Source of the DNA: the human T2T-CHM13v2.0 reference genome, Homo sapiens
Strand: one strand, 5' to 3'
DNA length: 64,000 bases
Assembly: GCF_009914755.1 (NCBI RefSeq)
Contig: NC_060926.1
A program made the translations under genes and the position numbers. This document shows, piece by piece, positions 16,503-28,150 of the stretch (positions are counted from its first letter, which is position 1; the number at the start of each line of letters is the position of its first letter). The notes beneath the pieces were generated by a model. It ran no database searches. It saw only the letters and a program-made list of their open reading frames with translations, and was not told where the DNA came from.

Positions 16503-17187
16503 GGAACAGTATTGTTGATTGGCATTTTTGTTTGTTTGCTTGCTTGTCTGCTTTAGCATTTTGAATACATCATCCCTCTCTCTTGTGGACTGTAGGGTTT
16601 TCTGCAGAGAAATCCACTGAAAGCCATATTGAAGCTCCCTTGAATGTGATGTATTTCTTGTTTTTTTGCTGTTTTCAGTATTCTTTGTTTTTCATTTTTA
16701 ATAACTTCATTGTGATGTGTGTTGATAAATGCCTCTTGGATTGAAATGGATTCATGACCTCTGCAGTTTTCATACCTCAGTGTTGTCATCATTCTTCATG
16801 TTTGGGAAATTTTTAGTCATTATTTCATTAAATATGCTTTCTAGGCCTTTTTCTTTTTCTTCTCCTTCAGAAACTGATATTATATGAAAGTTGGGTTGTT
16901 TGATTGAGTCCCATAATTGCCATATGCATTTGTTATTCTTTTTTGTTGTTGTTTTTCCCCTGATGGAATCATTTCAAATGTTTTTTCTGTAAGCTCACTG
17001 ATTCTTTTTTTCTGCTAATAAAATCAGCTGCTGAAGCATTGTATTAAATTTTTAGTTTGTTGTATTCTCTATATCTAGAATTTCTATTTGTTTTTTGTTA
17101 TCATATCTATTTCTACTTCAGAACTATCATTCTGTTAATGAATTTTTTCCCAAATTTATTTTAGTATGTTATCCATATTTTCTTGTA

Positions 17188-19158
17188 CAGGCATACTTCA
17201 GGGATATTGCAGGTGTGGTTCCAGGCAACCACAATGTAACAAGAACTTGAATTTTTGGTTTTACACTGCATATAAAAGTTTTTTATACTATACCATAGTC
17301 TATAAAATGTGCAATAGCCTTATGTCTACAATTACATACTTTAAAAACTACTTTATTGCTAAAAATGCAAATGATCATCTGAGCCTTCAGTGAATTTTAA
17401 TTTTTGCTGATAAAGAGTCTTTCCTCTGTGTTGATGGCTGCTGAATGATTAAGGTGGTGGTTGCTGCATGATTAAGGTGGTGGTTGCTGCAGATTGAGGT
17501 GGTTGTGGCAATTTCTTAAAATAAAACAAGAGTAAAGTTTGCTGCATCAGTTGACTCCTTGATTCCTTTGATGAAAGGTTTATCTGTAGTGTGCCATGCT
17601 GTTGGATAGCATTTTACTTCACAGTAGAACACCTTTCAAAATGAGTCGATCCTATCTAATGCTGCCACCGCTTTATCAACTCAGTTTGTATAATAAGATA
17701 GGTGTTTTTTTTTTTTGTCATTTCAACAGTGTCTTCACAAGGAATAGATTCCATCTCAGATGGATGGGGCTATAAGAAACAACTTTTAGTACATTCAAGT
17801 TTGATCATGAAACTGCAGAAATTCAGTCACAGGCTCAGGCTCCAATTTTACTTAGTTCTCTCGCTAGTTCCACCACACTCACAGTTACTTCCTCCACTGA
17901 AGTCTTGAAACCCTCCAAGCTATCTATGAGGGCTGAAATCAACTTCTTCCAAACTTCATATTTTGACCTCCTCCAAGGAATCACAAATATCTTTAATTTC
18001 ATCTAGAATAGTGATTGCTTTCTAAAAAAATCCAAATGATTTTTAATTTGCCTTGTGCAGATACGCAGAAGAATCATTGTCTATGGCAGCTATAGGCTTA
18101 CAAAATGTATTCTTAAATAATAAAATGTCCTTGATCCATGGGCTTCAGAATGAATGCTGTGTTAGCAGGCATGAAAACAATATTAATCTATTTGTACAAC
18201 TCCATCAGAGCTCTTGGGTTATGAGTGCATTGTCAATGAGCAGTAATATTTTAAAAGATATATATATATATACATATATATATACACATATATATATACA
18301 TACACACACACACATACACGTATACACACACACAAACACACACACATGTTTTCTGGACAATAGGTCTCAACAGTGTGCTTAAGATATTTGGTAAACCATA
18401 CTGTAAACAGATGTGTTTTCATCCAGGCTTTGTTGTTTCATTTATAGAGTATAGGTAGCATAGGTTTAGAAGAACTTAAAAATGTAGCAGAATGGTAAAT
18501 GAGTACTTCCTTTAATGTTTTAATGTAACCAGCTGCATTAGCCAGTACATAGAAAGTCAGCCTGTCCTCTGAAGATTAGAAGCCAGGCATTGACTTCTCC
18601 TCTATAGCTGTGAAAGTTTTAGGTATCCTCTTCTTCCAGTATAATGCTGTTTTGTCTACATTGAAAATCTGTTATTTAGCATAACTGCCCTTATCAATGA
18701 TCTTAGCTAGATCTTCTGGATAACTTGATGCAGCTTCTCTATCAGCACTGGCTGCTTCACCTTGCACTTTTATGTTATGAAGATTCTTTTCTTAAACCTC
18801 ATGAACCAACCTCTGCTAGTTTAAACTTGTCTTCTGCAGCCTCCTCACCTGTCTCAGACTTCATAGAATTAAAGAATGTTAGGGCTTAGCTCTGGATTCA
18901 GCTTTGGCTTAATGAAATGTTGTGGCTCATTTGATTTTCTATCCAGACCACTAAAACTTTCTTCATATCAGCAGTAATACCATTGTACTTATCATTTCTG
19001 CATTCATTGGAGTAGCCTGTTTAATTTCCTTTAAGAACTTTTTTTTTTTGCATTCACAGCTTAGTTTACTGTTTAATGCAAGTTGCCTAGCTTTCAGCCT
19101 ATCTGAGCTTTCAACATGCTTTTCTCACTCTATTAATCATTTCTAGCTTTGTATTTAA
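17188..19158 (-). mobile_element. Tigger1 DNA transposon, partial and degenerate
   Basis: TA followed by the CAGGCATAC terminal repeat at 17186-17196 and extended similarity to the Tigger1 transposase region. Confidence 0.85.
18258..18347. repeat. (TA)n/(CA)n compound microsatellite inside Tigger1
   Basis: Direct reading of the sequence. Confidence 0.9.
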
Positions 19159-19799
19159 ATACTGGCATCATGGGGGCTAATGTGGCTTACAAAGTATAAT
19201 TCATCTGGCAGATGGAACCATAGTTTGACACTACCAGTCTTACGTCAGTTTCAACCCAGTAATAAATCCAAGCCTACCCATTCTTCCCGGAAGGAGCTTG
19301 ATTATGCATCAAATTCCACAACCTCTGTAGTTAGTGCCCAAGGAACTGTTTTCTTAACAACTTTGCTCTGTGAATCGACAGGATTTTTTATTTTTGAGTG
19401 TATTTAGACCATAGAAAACAAAGAAGTAAGCATACAATGGGCCCACATTCAGAAGCTATCTCCTCAGGATCAGAGGCTGCATCCAGAGTGTGCATAGGTG
19501 TGTTTGTCACAGATCCTCTACCAAGCTTAATGGAGAGAGAGTGGGAGATAAATGTCCATACTAATCTTCATCATGTAGCTAGAAAGAACTGAAACACTCC
19601 TCCAGCCTTCTAACTTTTTAGCTACATCTGGATTGTCTGGCTCCTACCTTAACCAATTTCTGGTTACTGACAAGGCGTGGCACATCCTAAGTTCCAGGGA
19701 GCCAACAAAAACAGTCAACACTAGAGCACACAAGGATTTGAGAGGTACCTGAAGATCTCTGGCTGGAAAGTTTGGTGAGATCCTTTTCCTACATGAGGC

Positions 19800-20443
19800 C
19801 AGTCTTATCAAATGCACAGGAGCCAACAGAGAGAGTCGAGGAAAAATGAAGAAACAGGGAAACATATTCAAAGTAAGAAAACAAGATAAATCTCCAGCAC
19901 CTGAGTGAAGTGCAGATATGTAATTTATCTGACAGAGATTTCCAAATAATGGTCATAACAATAATCACTGAGGTCAAGATAGCTTTGCAAGAACAAGCTG
20001 AGAACTTCAAGAAAAGGAAAAACATTACACAATAATGTCAAACAAATCATAGATCTAAAGTGTACTGTAACTGAACTGAAAAAATTTAATAGAGGTGTCC
20101 ATTAATAGAATCTATAAGTGAACTTTAAGACTGGTCACTGGAAATTATCTAACCTGAGGATCAGAAAAAAAGATAATGCAAACAGAGTGAAGACAACTTT
20201 AGACAGTTATGGGACACCATCGAGCAGGACCACTCACGCATTATTGGCATGCCTGAAGGAGAAGTGAGGAAGAAAGGAACAGAAAAATGTTTAAAGGATT
20301 AATGACAGAGAATTTATCAAGCATGGGGAAGAAAGCAGAAAGCCTGATCCAGAAAGCCCAAACGAAACCAAATAAGGTGAATCCAGGGACTCACAACAAG
20401 ATACACTACAATCAAATTGTCCAAAGTTAAAGAGAAAAAGAGA
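19800..20443 (+). mobile_element. Old L1 ORF1-region fragment
   Basis: A-rich degenerate ORF1-like sequence (GAAGGAGAAG...GAAAGGAACAGAAAA; AATCAAATTGTCCAAAG). Confidence 0.6.
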
Positions 20444-21095
20444 GTGATATTGTTTGCAAATTTGTACCCTCCAAATATTGTGTCGAGATTTGATCCCCAA
20501 TGTTGGAGGTGGGACCTAGTGGGAGGTGTTTGGGTCATGGTGGTTGATCTCTCCTGGATAGCTTTTTGCCCTCTTTTCACTAATGAGTGGGTTCTCACTG
20601 CATTACATGAAAGATGGTTGTTTAAAACAGTGTGGCACCTCTCCCCTCTCTTCCTACCTCTCTAGCCATGTGTGACATACCTCTTGTCTCTTCACCTTTA
20701 GCCACAAGTAAAAGCCTTCTGGGTCCCTGACCAGAAGCTGCGCAGATGCCACTGCCATGCTTCTTCTACAGCCTGCAAAACTGTGAGCCAAACAAACCTC
20801 TGTTCCTTATAAATTACCTAGTCTCAGCTATTTTTTTATAGCAACACAAAAATTTGTGTTTCTCCATGTTGCTCTTTTCTGTGTTATTCTGTGTTGCTAA
20901 CACAGAAATTAGTACCAAGGAGTGGGGTTTTGCTATAAAAATACCTGATAATGCAGAATTTGCTTTGGAACTGGGTAATAGGCAAAGAAGACAGGAAGAT
21001 GAGGAAACTTGTGGAACTTAATTAGACCTTGGTTAAGTGGCCGACCAAAATGATAATAGGAATATGAACAGTGAAGGCCATGTTGTTGAGGTACA
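20444..21095 (+). mobile_element. MaLR (MST-type) LTR at ~20444-20850 plus start of internal sequence
   Basis: GATCCCCAATGTTGGAGGTGGGACCTAGTGGGAGGTGTTTGGGTCATGG and CAGCCTGCAAAACTGTGAGCCAAACAAACCTC...TATAAATTACC; MaLR-int start ACAGAAATTAGTACCAAGGAGTGGGG. Confidence 0.8.
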
Positions 21096-21096
21096 T

Positions 21097-22060
21097 AGAA
21101 TACAACTTTCAAGAAGTGGCTGCACCATTTTGCATTCCCACAAGCAATGAATGAAGTTTCCTCTTGCTCCACATCCTTGCCAGCGTTTGATGTTGTCAGT
21201 GGTTCTAGATTTTGGTTATTCTAATACGTGTGCAGTGGCATCTCATGGTTGCATTTCTCTGAGGAAATATTATGTGTAGCCTCATTACATATGCTTATTT
21301 TCCATTTGTATAATTTACTTGGTGAGGTACTTGTTAAGGTCTTTAGCTCATGTCTTTTACTGCTCAATATGTTTTGAATAATAGTTCTTAATCAGATATG
21401 TTTTGGCAAATTTTTTTTTCCATCTGTGGTTTCTCTTTTCTTTCAGTGTCTTTAATGGTGTAAAAATGTTACATTTTCATCAAGTCCAGCTTATCAATTC
21501 TTTCTTCTATTGACTTCAACTTTGGTGTTTTTTCTAAAGGTCATCATTAAACCCAAGATAATCTGTATTTCCTTCTATATTACCTTCTATAAATTTTATA
21601 GTTTTTTGTACATTTATGTTGCTGATCCATTTTGAGTTAATTTGGGTGGGGGTGTAAGGTCTGTGATTTATTTTTTTTGCATGTGGATATCCAGGTATTC
21701 CAGCAGCCCTTCCTGAAAAAACTGTTTCATCATCATAATGCCTTTACTTTTTTGTCAAAAATTAATCGAATGTATTAATGTGTTTCTATTTGTGAACTCC
21801 CTATCTCATTTTATCCGTTTGTTCTTTCACTAATACCACACTGTCTCCATTACTGTAGCTTTACGGTAAGTCTTGAAATTGAGTAGTGTCTGTCCTCCAA
21901 GTTTGTTCTTCTCCTTCAATATGGTGTTAGCTATTCAAGGTCTTTTGCCTCTCCATATAAACATTTTCATTTAGATTGGAATTGCATTGAATCTATACAT
22001 TGGAAAGAACTGACATCTTAATAGCATTGAATCTACATATGAATATGGTACATATCTCTT
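21097..22060 (-). mobile_element. Old L1 3' ORF2 fragment
   Basis: GGCTGCACCATTTTGCATTCCCAC and TACCACACTGTCTCCATTACTGTAGCTTT antisense L1 motifs. Confidence 0.75.
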
Positions 22061-22093
22061 TTTGTTTCATTCTTCTTTGCTTTCTTTCATCAG

Positions 22094-22265
22094 ATATGGA
22101 CATTTCTGGAATTACAGAGCCCCCTCTACATTGAGCACAAGACAGTGACGAATCCACATTCTTCAGCCAGAAAGTCACCTCTGAGAGCCAAATGTCTGAT
22201 AATAGACAAGAGAGTCAGAGAATGATAACGACATCTCAGGAAAATTGTGAAAATAATCAGCAACC
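22094..22265 (+). other. Orphan exon-like segment (172 nt) of unknown parent gene
   Basis: Long polypyrimidine tract ending TTCATCAG, donor CC|GTATGT. One frame reads DMDISGITEPPLH*AQDSDESTFFSQKVTSESQMSDNRQESQRMITTSQENCENNQQP with a single stop. Confidence 0.45.
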
Positions 22266-22362
22266 GTATGTGGATAACCCTTTCAAATTTCTCCAGGGCA
22301 CCTGTCATTTCAGCCAATACTTGCCAGCTTGTGCCAAGGATGCTGGAGCTGCCTGGGATTAG

Positions 22363-22822
<460 letters not shown>

Positions 22823-23407
22823 CCCAGACAGATTCTTTAAGGGGATTCCCAATCTGTTCCTCCCAACCAGGGCCTCCAGCTACCCCACCGGTGTCTGGGG
22901 CTGACAGGAATTTGAATTCTCCCTGGGAGGGAGTTCTGGAGTTCCCACCCTGTGGGAGTCCTTCCAACTGGGGCCTGGGGGAGAGGGTGGGGCCAGCTTT
23001 GGAGAGTCCAAAACGATTGGGGTGGAAGGGATCCCCCAGCACATCACAACTGCTCTACCAAATAGTGGCCAGGCAGATTCTTTACGCAGATCCCTGATTC
23101 TTTCCTCCTCTCTGGGTGGGACCTCCCACCTGGGGCCTCCACCACCCCACCGGTGTTCTCAAGCTGACAGAGATTTACATTCTCCCCGGGAAGGAGTTGT
23201 CGAGGTCCTGCCCAGTAAGGAGGAATGGATCAGGAACCTGGTAAAAGAATCTGCCTTCTAAGATTTTGTAGAGTAGCTGTGCTGTGCTGATGATATATCC
23301 CTTCTGCCCCGGTAGGTATGGATTCTCCAGAGCCCGCGGGCTGTAACGACTAAGTTGCACAAACAGCAAAGATAGCTCCTTGCTCCTGCGCGTGGGAACT
23401 CATTCCA

Positions 23408-24110
23408 GGAATTCAAATCTCTGTCAGCCTGAGAACACCGGTGTGGGTGGCTGGAGACCCCAGCTGAAAGGACCCTCATTGAGCTGGACCTCCAGGCCTC
23501 CATGCCAGGGAGAACTCAAATCTCTGTCAGCCCCAGAACACTGGCGGGGGTGGCTGGAGGCCCCAGTTGGGAGGTCCCCCACTGGGCCAGACCCCGAGAC
23601 CTCCATGCCAGAGAGAATTCAAATCTCTGTCAGCCCCAGAACACTGGCGGGGGTGGCTGAAGTCCCCGGTTGGGAGGTCCCTCACTGGGCCAGACCCCCA
23701 AGACCTCCATGCCAGGGAGAATTCAAATCTCTGTCAGCTCCAGAACACTGTCGGGAGTGGCTCAAGGCCCCTATTGGGAGGTCCCTCACTGAATGGAACC
23801 TCAAGGCCTCCATCCCAAAGAGAATTCAAATCTCTGTCAGCCTGAGAACACCAGCGGGGGTGGCTGGAGGCCCCTGTTGGGAGGTCCCTCACTGGGCGGG
23901 ACCTCGAGACCTCCATACCGGGGAGAATTCAAATCTCTGTCAGCCCCAGAACACTGGTGAGGGTGGCTGGAGGCCCCGGTTGGGAGGTGCCTCACTGGGC
24001 AGGACCTCCAGACCTCCATGCCAGGGAGAATTCAAATCTCTGTCAGCCCGAGAACACTGGTGGGGGTGGCTGGAGGCCCTGGTTGGGAGGTCCTGCCCAG
24101 TGAGGAGGAA
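23408..24110. repeat. ~103-bp tandem repeat, left arm, 7 copies (GAATTCAAATCTCTGTCAGCC orientation)
   Basis: Anchor recurs at ~23410, 23513, 23616, 23720, 23823, 23926 and 24029. Confidence 0.93.
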
Positions 24111-24171
24111 TGGATCACAGACCTTCTTAAAGACCCAGTGTGGCCACATTTTGGTAGAGCACCTTGCTATG

Positions 24172-27100
24172 CCAACCCCGCCAGTGTTCTCAGGATGACA
24201 GATTTGGATTCTCCCTGGCATGGAGGTCTTGAGGTCCTGCCAAGAGAGGGACCTCCCAACTGAGGCCTCCAGCCACCCCTGCCAGTGTTCTGGGGCTGAC
24301 AGAGTTTTGAATTCTCCCTGGCATGGAGGCCTCAAGGTCTGGCCCAGTGAGGGACCTCCCAACCGTGGCCTCCAGCCACCCCCGCTGGTGTTCTGGGGCT
24401 GACAGAGATCTGAATTCTCCCTGGCATGTAGTTCTCAAGGTCCTGCCCAATGAGGGTCCCTTTAGCTGGGGTCTCCAGCCACCCCCACCGGTGTTCTCAG
24501 TCTGACAGAGATTTGAGTTCTCCCTGGCATGGAGGTCTCAGGATCTTGCCCAGTGAGGGACCTCCCAACTGGGGCCTCCAGCCACCTCCGCCAGTGTTCC
24601 GGGGCTGACAGAGATTTGAATTCTCCCTGGCATGGAGGTCTTGAGGTCCTGCCCAGTGAGGAAACTCTCAACCGTGGCCTCCAGCCACCCGCCCCTGCTG
24701 TTCTCAGGCTGAGAGAGATCTGAATTCTCCCTGGCATGTAGTTCTCAAGATCCTGTCCAATGAGGGTCCTTTTAGCTGGGGTCTCCAGCCAATCCCACCG
24801 GTGTTCTCAGGCTGACAGAGATTTGAGTTCTCCCTGGCATGGAGGTCTTTAGGTCCTGCCTGCCCAGTGAGGGACCTCCCAACTGGGGCCTCCAGCCACC
24901 TCCACCAGTGTTCTGGGGCTGACAGAGGTTTGAGTTCTCCCTGGCATGGCGGTCTTGGGGTCCCGCCCAGTGAGGGACCTCCCAACCGGGGCCTCCAGCC
25001 ACCTCCGCCAGTGTTCTGGGGCTGACAGAGATTTGAATTCTCCCAGGCATGGAGTTCTTGAGGTCCCACCCAGTTAGGGTTCTCCTAACTGGGACCTCTG
25101 GCCACCCCCACCTGTGTTCTCATGCTGACAGAGGTTTGAATTCTTCCTGGCATGGAGGTCTCCAGTTCCTGCCCAGTGAGTGTCCTTTCAACTCAGGCCT
25201 CTAGCCAACTCCCCCCACCCCTGCCAGTGTTCTGGGGCTGACAGAGATTTGAATTCTCCTTGGCATGGAGGTATCAGGGTCCTGCTCAGTGAGGGACCTC
25301 CCAACAGGGGCCTGCAACCACCCCCGCCAGTGTTCTGGGGCTGACAGAGATTTGAATTCTCCCTGGCATGGAGGTCTTGGGGTCTGGCCCACTGAGGGAT
25401 CTCCTAACCAGGGCCTCCAGCCACCCCCGCCAGTGTTCTGGGGCTGACAGAGATTTGAATTCTCCCAGGTAAGCAGTTCTTGGTTCTTGAAGTCCCGCCC
25501 AGTAAGGGTTCTCCTAACTGGGGCCTCTGGCCACCCCCACCTGTGTTCTCATGCTGACAGAGATTTGAATTCTTCCTGGCATGGAGGTCTCCACTTCCTG
25601 CCCAGTGTGGGTCTTTTCAACTCAGGCCTCCAGCCACCCGCCCCTGGTGTTCTCAGGCTGACAGATTTGAATTCTCCCTGGCACATAGTTCTTGAGGTCC
25701 TGCCCAATGAGGGTCCTTTTATCTGGGGTCTCCAGCCAACCCCACTGGTGTTCTGGGGCTGACAGAGGTTTGAGTTCTCCCTGGCATGGCAGTCTTGGGG
25801 TCCCGCCCAGTGAGGGACCTCCCACCCGGGGCCTCCAGCCACCCCCGCCAGTGTTCTGGGGCTGAGATTTGAATTCTCCCTGGCATGGAGGTCTCGGGGT
25901 CTGACCCAGTGAAGGACCTCCCAACTAGGGCCTCCAGCTACCCCCGCCAGTGTTCTGGGGCTGACAGAGATTTGAGTTCTCCCTGGCATGGAGGTCTTGG
26001 GGTCCCGCCCAGTGAGGGACCTCCCACCCGGGGCCTCCAGCCACCCCCACCGGTGTTCTCGGGCTGACAGAGATTTGAATTCTCCCTGGTATGGAGGTCT
26101 CCAGGTCTGGCCCAGTGAAGGACCTCGGCCTCCAGCCACCCCTGCCAGTGTTTTGGGGCTGACAGAGATTTGAATTCTCCCTGGCATGGAGGTCTTGAGG
26201 TCCTGCCCAGTGAGGGACCTCTCAACCGTGGTCTCCAGCCACCCCCACCGGTGTTCTCGGGCTGACAGAGATCTGAATTCTCCCTGGCATGTAGTTCTCA
26301 AGGTCCCACCCAATGAAGGTCCTTTTAGCCAGAGTCTCCTGCCAATCCCACCAGTGTTCTCAGGCTGACAGAGATTTGAGTTCTCCGTGGCATGGAGGTC
26401 TTGGGGTCTTGCCCAGTGAGGGACCACCCAACTGGGGCCTCCAGCCACCCTCACTGGTGTTCTGGGACTGACAGAGATTTGAATTCTCCCAGGCATGGAG
26501 TTCTTGAGGTCCCACCCAGTTAGGGTTCTCCTAACTGAGACTTCTGGCCACCCCCTCCTGTGTTCTCATGCTGACAGAGGTTTGAATTCTTCCTGGCATG
26601 GAGGTCTCCAGTTCCTGCCCAGTGAGGGTCCTTTCAACTCAGGCCTCCAGCCAACTCCCCCCACCCCCGCCAATGTTCTGGGGCTGACAGAGATTTCAAT
26701 TCTCCCTGGCATGGAGGTCTCGGGGTCCCGCCCAGTGAGGACCTCCCAGCTAGGGCCTGCAACCACCCTGCTAGTGTTCTGGGGCTGACAGAGATGTGAA
26801 TTCTCTCTGGCATGGAGGTCTCGGGGTCTGGCCCAGTGAGGGACCTCCCATCCGGGGCCTCTAGCCACCCCCGCCAGTGTCCTGGGGCTTTCAGAGATTT
26901 GAATTCTCCCTGGCATGGAGTTCTTGAGGTCCCACCCAGTGAGGGTTCTCCTAACTGGGCCCTCTGGCCACCCCTACCTGTGTACTCACACTGTAGTACA
27001 TGAGTACTACATGTACTTGAATTATCCCTGGCATGGAGGTCTCCAGTTCCTGCCCAGTGAAGGTCCTTTCAACTTGGGCCCCCAGCCACCACCCCGCCCC

Positions 27101-27245
27101 CTCCCCCAGTGTCCTCAGGCTGCCAGACATTTCAATTATTCCTGGCATGGAGGTCTCAAGGTCCTGCCTGGTGAGGGATCACCCCACTGGGACCTCCAGT
27201 CACTCCTGCTGGTGTTCTCGGGCCCAAAGATATTTGAATTCTTGG
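24172..27245. repeat. ~103-bp tandem repeat, right arm, ~30 copies, inverted relative to the left arm
   Basis: Anchor GACAGAGATTTGAATTCTCC recurs at ~24197, 24298, 24401, 24504, 24607 ... 26787, 26890, ~27015, 27125, 27228. Confidence 0.93.
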
Positions 27246-27439
27246 GATGAGATGGCCAAAGATGAGCTGCCATCTTTGCTGTTTGTGCAACTTAGCCACT
27301 CCAGCCTGAGGGCTTTGTGGAATCCATACCTACCGGGGCAGAAGGGATCTCCCAGCACAACAAAGCTACTCTACAAAATCTTGGTCAGGCAGATTCTTTT
27401 AGCAGGTTCCTGACCCATTCCTTCTTAACTGGCACGACC

Positions 27440-28150
27440 TTGACAACTCTATCCAAGGGAGAATGTAAATCTCTGTCAGCTCTAGAACTAAGAGGTGGAA
27501 GCCCCACTTGGGAGGTCTCACCCAATGAGGAACGGATCGGGGATCTACTTAAAGGATCTTGCCATGATTTGGTAGAGCAGTTGTGCTGTTCTGGGGATCC
27601 CCTCCACCCTAGTCACTTTGGACTCTCCAAAGCCCACAGACTGGAATAGCTGAGTCACCCAAACAGCAAAGATGGCGGCCCCCTTCTCCCCCAGGGAACT
27701 CATCCCAGGGAGAATTCAAATCTCCGTCAGCCTGAGAGCACCTGCCGGAGTAGCAGCAGGCCCCAGTTGGGAGGTCCCACCCAGCGAGGAGGAATGGATT
27801 GGGGACCCACTTAAAGAGGCAGTCTGGCCACATTTTGGTAGAGCAGCTGTGCTGCGTGGGGGATCCCTTCTGCCCTCAGTTGGTTTGGGTTCTCAAAAGC
27901 CCAACAGGCTGGAATAGCTAAGTTACCCAAGCAACAAAGATGGTGGCCTGCCCTGTCCCCTAGGAAGTCAGTCTCAGGTAGGTAAAACACTGTTGCTGGT
28001 GGCTGGCTGGAGTTGTTTCCTTGATTATATGAGTAATGCGAGTACCTGGTTGTTTCAGTTGAAGGTACTGTATTGACTTGCTCCTTTCATTCCTCTCCAT
28101 GAGAGCCGTGCACCCTACCTGCTTCTAGTCAGTCATCTTGGCCACACACC
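27440..28150 (-). mobile_element. Old primate L1 5'UTR (L1PA13-16/L1PB-like), internally deleted, pointing left
   Basis: Reverse complement of 28012-28143 reads GGCCAAGATGACTGACTAGAAGCAGG...CCTTCAACTGAAAC...CAAGGAAACAAC, homologous to the L1 5' start at 28440. Confidence 0.8.

Noticed and set aside
17446-17505. ~23-bp tandem duplication (ATGATTAAGGTGGTGGTTGCTGC)
   Set aside because: Ordinary slippage duplication inside the Tigger1 fossil.
23408-27245. CRISPR-like repeat-spacer array
   Set aside because: The whole 103-bp unit is repeated with no unique spacers, there are no cas genes, and the context is primate with clear L1-UTR ancestry.
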